Below are positions 55,195-64,000 of a stretch of DNA of 64,000 nt, in pieces; position 1 is the first letter of the stretch, and each line of letters opens with the position of its first letter. This stretch comes from the human T2T-CHM13v2.0 reference genome, Homo sapiens. The position numbers were made by a program, and so were the translations under genes. The stretch lies in the NCBI RefSeq assembly GCF_009914755.1, contig NC_060944.1. The stretch is one strand, 5' to 3'. The notes under the pieces were generated by a model that worked only from the letters and a program-made list of their open reading frames with translations, was not told the DNA's origin and ran no database searches.

Positions 55195-55780
55195 GGAGTG
55201 GCTTCTTTGAAAACAGTTTGGCCGTTCCTCAACTGAGTTACCATATGGCTTGGTAATTGCACTTCTAGGTAAGTACCCAAGAGAATTGAAAATGTATGTT
55301 CACACACAAACTTGTACATGACTGTTTATGAAAGAAGCAGTATTCATAATGTCCAAAAAGCAGAAACAATTCAAATGTCCTTCAACTGAAGAATGGCTAA
55401 ACAAAAATTATTCAGCCACAGAAAGGAATGAAATACTGATCCATGCTAGAACATGGATGAACCTTGAAAACATTATGCTAAGTGAAAGAAGCGATCGCAA
55501 AGGAATAAGTACTGTATGATTCCATTTATATGAAATGTTCAGAAGAGGCAAATTCATAGAGTTAGAAAGTAAACTGGTAGGAGTATAAGGCTTGGAGTTT
55601 GGTGGGGTAGGGGAAAATAGGGGATGCTTTCTAGTGGTGACTGAGTTTCTTTCTGAGTTGATGAGAAGGCTCTAAAATTGATTGTGGTGATGGCTGTACA
55701 ACTCTGTGAATATCATTGAATTGTATACTTTAATTGTATGCAATATGAATATAACTCAGTAAATCTGTTGTTTTAAAAAA
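55195..55780 (+). mobile_element. L1MB-like 3' end
   Basis: acatggatgaaccttgaaaacattatgctaagtgaaagaagc...gattgtggtgatggctgtacaactctgtgaata. Confidence 0.85.
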
Positions 55781-57170
55781 TGAGAAGAATGATTATCTCT
55801 AGAAAAACAGAAGGTAATGCAATCTGGGGAGAAGTATACAGGAATCAACTAGTATATTAGTAATATGCTATTTGTTACACTGGGTGGTAGGTATGTCGAT
55901 GTTCTTTATATTATTCTATTTTTTATGTGATGAAATTGCTTATAATTTTGTTTAGATGCTACTTCTGGAAGGGAGATGGGTGCCCTTGCCAGTGTGGGAA
56001 ACATCATCAACATCATCTCCAAATTCTCAGCCAACATTCTGAGCCTTTAGCATACACTAGATATACTATGAAGCTTACTTAAAAATATAGATCTCAGGGC
56101 CTCACACCAGATCTCTCAAATCAGACTGTCTGGAAAGGTAACTTGACCCTGCAAAATGAACAATTCAGTTAGAGAACAAGTGATACTACTTTTCTGTTGA
56201 GGCAATCCAAATTTTTTTTTTTTTTTTTTTTGGCAGGCTCATCATGATAATGACTCCGATTCTAGGGTTTGGGAATAACTTGGTGTTTAAAAAAATAAAA
56301 AGGAGAAAACAAGAACATACCATGAGGCCACAAGTATCTGCTTTTAGAAAGTAACAGCTGAGACAACTGAATGATCACACTCAGGCAAATAACTAGATTT
56401 TTTTCCTCCCATCAGGGACTTAATTGGGTGTATTTATAAGCACCACTCCTTCAAAACTCTGAGCTCAGGAGCTCTTTGTGCTGTCATTATAGTTTTTTTA
56501 AGATGCTTTGTGTTTAATGGCTGTTTGTCAAACATTTCTTAAACTATTCACATCCCACCTTCCTGATTTCTACCACACAGCACCTGTACAATTATTTATT
56601 TACAATTTCATTTAAACCAACTTTATATTGACTCATAGCTGTCACTGATTTTTAAAAGCTTATGAACTACCTAACATAACAGGTTTACCAGAACCACTCT
56701 TCGGAGAATACTACTTGAATGGCTGCAAGGTCAGAATTTTACTCTGAGGAAGCCTCTCCATTCTTTTAAGCTGTCAAACTTTGGAAGACTCTGGCCATAG
56801 GATTCTATTTATCTTTCCTCTGACATTCCATTTTGTAAGCATTTTCCTAACGCCGAAGCTCTCCCTTCCAATGCTAAAATTACATTTGCTACATCCTCCC
56901 GAGACTCATTCCTTTCATTTTACCACCTTATTTTTGTCAGAGTTAAGTCCATGGTCACAGATGCACTTCCAGGCTCCTTCCACCTGTGCAGCAGTGGTTC
57001 CCAACCTCCTCTGCTCCTGGAGGGCTTTCAGCACTACATACCAGATCAATAAAACCAGAATCACATGGAATGGGGTCCAGAGGTTGTAAATTTGAAAGCA
57101 CCAAAGGTGACCCCAGCATGCGCTTTTAGGAAAATACAAATAGCAAGGCAAACCAAGAATGTATCAAACA

Positions 57171-57443
57171 GCCAGCCGTTGTGGCTCATGCCTGTAGTCC
57201 AGTTACTTTGGGAGGCTGAGGTGGGAGGATTGCTTGAGCCCAGGAGTTTGAGAACAGCCTGGGAAACAAAGTGAGACCCTGTCTCTGCAAAAGATTAAAA
57301 GAACTAGCCAGGAAGTGTGCACCTGACGTGGGAGGATCCCTTGAGCCCAGGAAGTGGAAGGCTGCAGTGAGCCGTGATCACACCACTGCACTCCCGCCTG
57401 GGTGACACAGCAAGACCCTGTCTCCAAAGAAAAGGAAGAAAGA
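57171..57443 (+). mobile_element. AluJ with an internal deletion in the right arm
   Basis: TSD aagaatgtatcaa at 57155-57167 and 57444-57456; cacctga|cgtgggagg lacks the tagtcccagctact segment. Confidence 0.9.
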
Positions 57444-57709
57444 AAGAATGTATCAAGGGCAGTGTTTAACTAGGCTTAATTTAGACACAACAGTTTATAT
57501 TTCTTAAGTGTGATGCCAAATTTAAATAATACTTTGACCAGTAGCTGTTAAAATTGTCTAATTGCAAAATGTACCTAAAATGTACCCTCTCTGCTATTAC
57601 CCTAATGGAGAATCTGTTTCCCAACCTGCATTAATAAAAATGTACAAGATCACATTTCACCATATCTCACAAAAATGAATAAAAGACTTGCAAAGTTAAG
57701 TTTCACCAC

Positions 57710-57795
57710 GTATATATACACACATACACATAGACACATAGACATATATACACACACATGCATACATATATACATACATACATATGCACATACAG
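57710..57795. repeat. (CA/TA)n low-complexity repeat
   Basis: Direct reading. Confidence 0.9.
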
Positions 57796-59059
57796 TTGCT
57801 AGATATTCAAGAAGTAACTATTCAAATAACTCTAGAGATATGAAAAACACTATGGAATCCAGCTCACAAAAGAGACATCTGGCAGCCACATCAGCAATAG
57901 AAGCAGTATAATGGTTTATGTGGATAGTATGATTTGCTGCAGATTTTCATATATTCTGTGCTGCCTAAGCACTACTTGAATATCTATTTAATGACTATGG
58001 AATATTTAATTTGAGCAAAATGAGCTCCAGATTGTTTACAAAGTACTGGCCAATGATCCCCTCCTTATAAATTAATCTGCCCCAAAATATGATCAAATTT
58101 GATTTCTTGAAATGTACTTATCATCGTGACGTTGTATACTGTCTCACAGTTCTCCTATGGATGCCACTTCCCAAAGGCCGCCCAGTAACTCCTAAATGCT
58201 ACTAAAACATTCTCTCTGTCTCTCTCTCTCCCCCACCCCAAAAAGAAATATGCGTTCCTAGAATTCAGGGGTAAAAAAGAAAGCTTTTGGTTTGTTTTGG
58301 TTTTTACTAATAAAGAACAGTCCAGGACAAATTCTACCATGCAGGGGATATTAGTCTAATAATACAGAGTGAGAACAGAAGGGAGAAGTGGCACTATGAC
58401 CAGAGGCCAACTACTTTCACTCTCTTAAAGGTTGCATGACTGCCTGAGACTGGACAGCCCACGGAACTGAACAAGAATGGCTGCATTCAACCTAGCTGGT
58501 CTATACATCTAGAAACTCAGTCAATCTTGTATGTATCTATATATTCAAATTATGTAGTCCAGCACTTGAATACATGTATTCTTTTCAAATATTATCTTTA
58601 AAGCACACTTCCAAAATTTAAGAATAACATGTGCTCACCCCGCCACTGAAACAATGCAAAGTTGGACAATGGAAGAAGTTACTATGCTCCTTCTAACCAT
58701 TCTACATCCCTTCTGCAAACCACACCCTCCAAAAACTATGGAGTCAGACTGCCTTCTTCAAACACTGGCTTCTCTCTTGGTGACTTTGATTAAGGTGAGT
58801 TTATCTCCATCCGCCTCAGTTTCCTTATTCTCATAAAGAAAATGAATTATAGCACCTACATCATATACATACCTAGTTGTGTAATGTATATTGATAATAT
58901 TAGGGGTAATGGGGTTGCTCAAACCTGTTTTAGAATCTAAGATATTTCCTAGGGGATCACCTTTCACTAGGTCTTTTCAAGAAAATATTTTTGAGCACCA
59001 ACATGTGCCAATCACTATTCTAGTTCCTAGGAAGACAGCATTAAAATAAAAGACTATTA

Positions 59060-60275
59060 TAAAAATGAAATGTCAAGCCACAGTCTGGGAGAAAATATTT
59101 GAATAACATACCTTAAAAAGGCCTTATATCTAGAATATTTATTTTTGAATTTCATAAGCTCAATAACAAAAAAAAAACGATGTTTAAAATCAACACAAAA
59201 TTTGAAGAGACAATATCACCAGAGAAGATGTACAAATGGCAAGTAACATATAAAAATGATGTTCAACATCATTAGTCATTGGGGAAATGTGAAATAAAAC
59301 CACAATGAGATATCACCACTCCTATCAGATTAGCAAAAATTTTAAAAAGACTTACTATAAAGTGTTGGAACAATTGGAACTCTCAGACAGAAAACAGGTT
59401 GATAGTCTCCTATAGAGTTAAACATGTACCTACCATATGACCCACCCATTACACTCCTAGATGTACACCCAAGGGAAGTAGAGGGATATATATGAAAGTT
59501 CATACATAAATGTCCATAGTAGCATCATTTCTAATAGACAAAAGTTAGAATCAACTCAAATGCACATCAACAGATGAATGGATAAACAAATTAGATAGTT
59601 AGAAGGAATAAGATCTAATGCTCAGTAGCACAATAGGGTGACTACATTTAACAATAATTTATTGTATATTTCAAATTACTAGAAGAGTGAAATTGGAATG
59701 TTCCTAACGTAAAGAAATAATAAATGCCTGATGTGACGGATATCCCAGTTACCCTGATTTGATATTACACATTGTATGCTTGTATCAAAACTTCACAAGT
59801 ACCCCACAAATATGTACAACTATTAGGTATCCATAAAAAATAAAAATAAAAAAGTTTAATAGTAACTTAAAGCTAAAAAATCTATAGCAAACTATATAGT
59901 ATAACCATACAATGGAATGCCACTCACAAATGAAAAGAAATAAACTATTGATATAAGCAACAATATAGATGAATCCCAAAATAACTGTGATGAGTGAAAG
60001 CAAAATAAGAGTACCTTATGTATGATTTCACGTATATAAAAAATTCTAGAAAATCCAAACTAATGAACATCACAGAAAACAGAGCAATAGGGACCTAGGG
60101 TAGGAGATACAGGAGCTACGGGAAGAAGTGGTAGAGAGGGACTGCTATGGAGCAAGGACAAACTTTTGGGGGTGACAGATATGATCATTAGCTTAACCAC
60201 AGTAACAATTCCATGGGTGTATATTGTAAGACAGGTATACCTCAATAAAGCTCAAAAATAAAATAAGAAAAAATA
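59060..60275 (+). mobile_element. L1MC/MD-like 3' region
   Basis: caagccacagtctgggagaaaatatttg...aacttttgggggtgacagatatg. Confidence 0.78.
59591..59853 (+). mobile_element. L1MA4-like 3' end nested in the older L1
   Basis: agaaggaataagatcta...gtagcacaatagggtgacta...ttaccctgatttgat plus poly-A. Confidence 0.82.
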
Positions 60276-60384
60276 TAAACAAGGTCTTTACCATCTTAGG
60301 AGTAACATTGTGATGGGGGTAAAGCTAGACAGAAAAAGTTTAAATAGGCAAATACATACCACATAGTTTTAAGTAATACAGTTA

Positions 60385-60835
60385 AAATTAATTCACATGA
60401 TGTTCACCAAAAAATGTTCAGTAACGTTCATAGCAGCAGTGTTTGTAATAGCCCTAAATGGAAAACCAGCCAATGTCCACCAAGAGCAGAAAAAACTGTG
60501 GTGTATTCATACAGTGGAATGCTATATAGCAATGAGAATAAGTGAACTGCAACTACACAAAACCTCACGGATGAATCTTACTAATAACATAGTGAATGAA
60601 AGAAGCCAGGCACAAATGAGGACTTTATGATTCCAATTTTAATCGATGCCGACAAAGCTGAGGATGGCATTTGCCCTTGGGTGTAGTGAGCAACTAGAAG
60701 GAAATCCAGCAAGGGCTTCTGGGTGCTTGTACAAAGGTGTGCTCACTTGGTGAAAATTCATCCAGTTATAGCCTTAAAATGTGTGTCCTTTTTTGTGTAT
60801 ATGTTAACCTTCAAAAAATTACTTTAAATAAAAAT
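60385..60835 (+). mobile_element. L1ME/MD-like 3' end
   Basis: gttcatagcagcagtgtttgtaatagccc...gaatgaaagaagccaggcacaa. Confidence 0.7.
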
Positions 60836-60849
60836 GAACCCATATGATA

Positions 60850-61170
60850 GGATAGAGATTAACTGGCTATTTTAGGATGAATGTCAGAAACACCTTTCTG
60901 AATAGGAAGCATATAAGCTGAGATCTGAAAAACAAGAATGAGCCAGGTCCATCAGGTTCTTGGTCAAGTGCATTCTAGGCAAGTAGAATGGCAAGTGCAA
61001 TTGCAGTGGACTTCAACAGGATGGCCAGGCAGAGAATGGTATGAGATGAAGTGGGAAGAGTAGGCAGGACTATGTTAGAAAAGGGTACTATAAACAAGGC
61101 AAGGAGTTTACATTTTATTTAGATCCAAAGTGAGGCCGTTGAAAGATTCTACATAGGAATTGTTATGAAA
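60850..61170 (-). mobile_element. L2 fragment
   Basis: taagctgagatctgaaaaacaagaatgagccag...aaggagtttacattttatt. Confidence 0.65.
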
Positions 61171-61315
61171 TTATGGGCATTTTTGTGAGGTTTTTTAGCT
61201 GTTTGAGTCAGTTTCATCATCAGTGAAATGAGAATGAAAATAAATCATATAATGCACATGAAGGGCTTAACACTGTGTCTAGCATGTCTTGAAAAAATGA
61301 TTGTGGTTAATATTG

Positions 61316-62260
61316 CCATATTTCATTGACCAAGAATTTAATTGACCAAGACACCAAGAATTGCAAGATGCACCATTATTTTAGGAATCACTGAGAAAGA
61401 AAAAAGAGTTGCCAATTAAAATATCACAACACTGTTAACTATTAGAGTTTTTAGTTTACCTTGTAAAAGTGTTCTTTTAGATTTACTGAGTCAGAGCTTT
61501 ATATCATATGCCACTCTTTCATAAAATACATACATAAAAAATAAATATATAAGAAAAACAAATCAGCTAAATTCTTACTAAAGTATCTGTCCATTCATAA
61601 TCTGACTATCCTGAATCATTTTTGGATTCAGAATCCCCAAATGCCATATTTTGAGCATTTGTGCAGGCAACAGCAATGACACGAGGGTGGACACCTGGAA
61701 GTCATGTGACGCTTTTGCTATCTATATTGCTAGCCATATGTCTTAGTCTGTTTGTGTTGCTATAAAAGTATACCTGAGGCTGGGTAATTTATAAAGAAAA
61801 AAGGTTTATTTGGCTCATGGTTCTGCAGGCTGTACAAGAAGCATAGCACCTGCACCTGCTTCTGTTGAGGGCTTCAGGCAGCTTCCACTTATGGTGGAAG
61901 GCAAAGAGGCGCTACTGTGTGCAGAGATCATGTGGCAAGAGGGGAAGCAAAAGAGAAAGGAGGAGATGCCAGGCTCTTTTCAACAACTAGTTCTTGCAGG
62001 AAATAAGAGTGAGAATTCACTCTCTCCTTCGAGAATGGCACCAAAAAATTCATGAAGGATCCGCCCCCATGATCCAAACACTTCCTACCAGGCCCACCTC
62101 CAACACTGAGGATCAAATTTCAACAAGAGACTTGGCAAGGCCAAACAAACCATATCCAAACCATAGCACCATATAAATCTGGTTTAATATCTGCATTGAA
62201 AATATGAATATGAATGCCTGCCATCATTCCTCAGGAACACAGAGTGAAAACTGAAATGCA
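61316..62260. mobile_element. TcMar-Tc2 (Kanga/MER104-related) relic interrupted by MSTB
   Basis: ccatatttcattga...aattgcaagatgcaccattatttt terminal motif. Confidence 0.5.
61739..62168 (-). mobile_element. MSTB-like MaLR solo LTR
   Basis: tgtcttagtctgtttgtgttgctata...ccatatccaaaccatagca; 5-bp TSD ccata at 61734-61738 and 62169-62173. Confidence 0.92.
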
Positions 62261-62959
62261 TGTGTGTAGTCCTTGGAGTTTCTTGGGAAGAAAGTCATGA
62301 TTAGGCCTCAGTTGACATTACTGGGCCATCCCTCCCTTCTGAAGCAGCTCTACAAATCCATACACTCAGGTTTGGGCCATCCTCATTGCTCCATCCCCTA
62401 AGACAGACCCTCCCCAGCTCTGACATGGAACAGTAATTACTTTCACTTGTCAAACTGTCGTTCAGGTATAATTTTGCAATGGTCCCGTCGGTTATAATTC
62501 TCTGTGTTCTGAATTTTCTGCTTTTCTCACTGTGGTCCCTCATGATTCAAAAATAAGTCTTTCTAATGATTAGTGGTCTACCATAGCAATTCTTTTTGTT
62601 TCTACTATTTGGGATTGTTCCTTTCTTCTGCTTATTAAAATGGTAATTAAATTTAATCCCACCAACCTACTCAGGGGAAAATAAAATCCAATATGCTTCT
62701 ATTTCACATGCCAAATGACAGTTCCTGCCAGACTGTCACATAACTCAAACCAACCAGCCCCTTCTCTAGTGTTCCCTTCCTTCAGGCCAGACACACAGCT
62801 TCTCATAATGAAGGTTGCTCTGTAAAACAGAAATTACATGCACCATTCAGAGAGCTCCAAAGTCACACTACAATAGAACTCCCTAGTTCTGAGTCATTGG
62901 TGTCTAAAGTCAGTCTGATTTCATGAAAGTTCTGAATTATAGGAGATTGGAACTCTGGG

Positions 62960-63200
62960 GTCAGTACTTCAGGGTTATGAGGGCAGGCTCTGGAGAAAGA
63001 CTTGACTGGGTTCAGAAAGTGGCAGTGTGGCCTCTAAAGCCTCAGTTTTGTCCTCTGAAATATGTGATTATAGGGAGCATATATTCTGGGCAACTTGAAT
63101 CTGTGTTCCTGGGAAATTTAAAAAATTAAATATTAAAATTAAATACAGGAATTACAATTGTACTAACTTCATAGGGTTATTATGAGTATATTATCTGTCC
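62960..63200 (+). mobile_element. MIR fragments
   Basis: gcctcagttttgtcctctgaaa; tactaacttcatagggttattatgagta. Confidence 0.6.
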
Positions 63201-63228
63201 CATTAATAGCGAAATAAAGGTTAACTGC

Positions 63229-63705
63229 TGTGATGGTTAACATCATGTGTCGACTTGACTGGATCGCAGAATGCCCACATATCTGGTTAAATGTTATTCC
63301 TGGGTATGTCCATCGGAGTGTTTCCAGAAGAAATTTGTATTTGAATCAGCAGCCTGGGTAAAGTGAATTGCCTTCCCCAACATGAGTGGGCATTATCCAA
63401 TCCATTGAGGGCCTGAATGGAACAAAAAGGCAGAGGAAGGTTGAATCTGCTCTCTGCTTAACTGCTTGAGCTTGGACATCAGTCTTATCTCCTGTTCTCT
63501 GCACTCCTGGCTCTCAGGTATTCTGACTCAGATTGGAATCCATACTTTCTCTCTGGTTCTCAGGCTTTTGAACCCCACAACTGGCTTGACTGGGTCTTTA
63601 GCTTGCAGATAGCAGATCATGGGACTTCTCTGCTTCCATAATTATGTGAGCCAATACCATACCTTATAATAAATCTCCTTTCTCCAGAGAACCCTGACTA
63701 GTACA
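63229..63705 (+). mobile_element. MLT2 (ERVL) solo LTR
   Basis: tgtgatggttaacatcatgtgtcgacttgactgg...gagaaccctgactagtaca. Confidence 0.88.
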
Positions 63706-63891
63706 GCAGCCATGACTATTACTACTGGTATCAGTTCTATTTTTTCTACTGTAACCATTACTATGCAGATGATGCAAGGTATAGAGAATATGGGACACCT
63801 GGAATCTTGTGTCTGCTACTAACTGCTGAGACCTGGTATTTATTTTACAGGAGGAAACTTATAGTATAATATGAGTTTAAGAATTATACAA

Positions 63892-64000
63892 GCCAGGCAT
63901 GGTGGTGCACACCTATAGTCCCAGCTACAAGGAAGGCTGAGGCAGGAGGATCACTTGAGCTTAGGAGTTTGAGTCCAGGCTGGGCAACATAGTGAGATCC
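63892..64000 (+). mobile_element. FLAM_A-like Alu monomer (cut by window edge)
   Basis: gccaggcatggtggtgcacacctatagtcccagcta...gggcaacatagtgaga. Confidence 0.85.

Overview
AT-rich, CpG-poor primate (human-like) non-coding DNA, either intergenic or deep intronic. I find no supportable protein-coding gene, CpG island, RNA gene or CRISPR array. The recognisable ORFs in the supplied track are Alu, L1, L2 or LTR read-through, and the rest resemble nothing I know. A large share of the window is interspersed repeats: about 15 Alu/FLAM elements, L1PA to L1ME fragments, L2, L3, MIR, MaLR/ERVL/ERV1 solo LTRs and DNA-transposon MITEs. The most unusual signals are structural scars visible directly in the sequence. 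(1) Three locally templated insertions within about 13 kb (14.8-28.1 kb), each a copy of nearby DNA placed inside an L1 fragment; one is inverted and preserves the pre-Alu empty allele. (2) A palindromic AT-rich minisatellite built from an Alu target-site duplication (TSD). (3) A 59-bp chain of three overlapping palindromes. (4) A ~400-bp degenerate palindrome. (5) A tailless FLAM with a 14-bp TSD. (6) Two twin-primed L1s, one creating a 222-aa chimeric ORF. (7) A candidate ancient 3' transduction. Repeat subfamily names are from recalled consensus sequences, and old-element boundaries are approximate (tens of bp). I do not see evidence for a new gene system.
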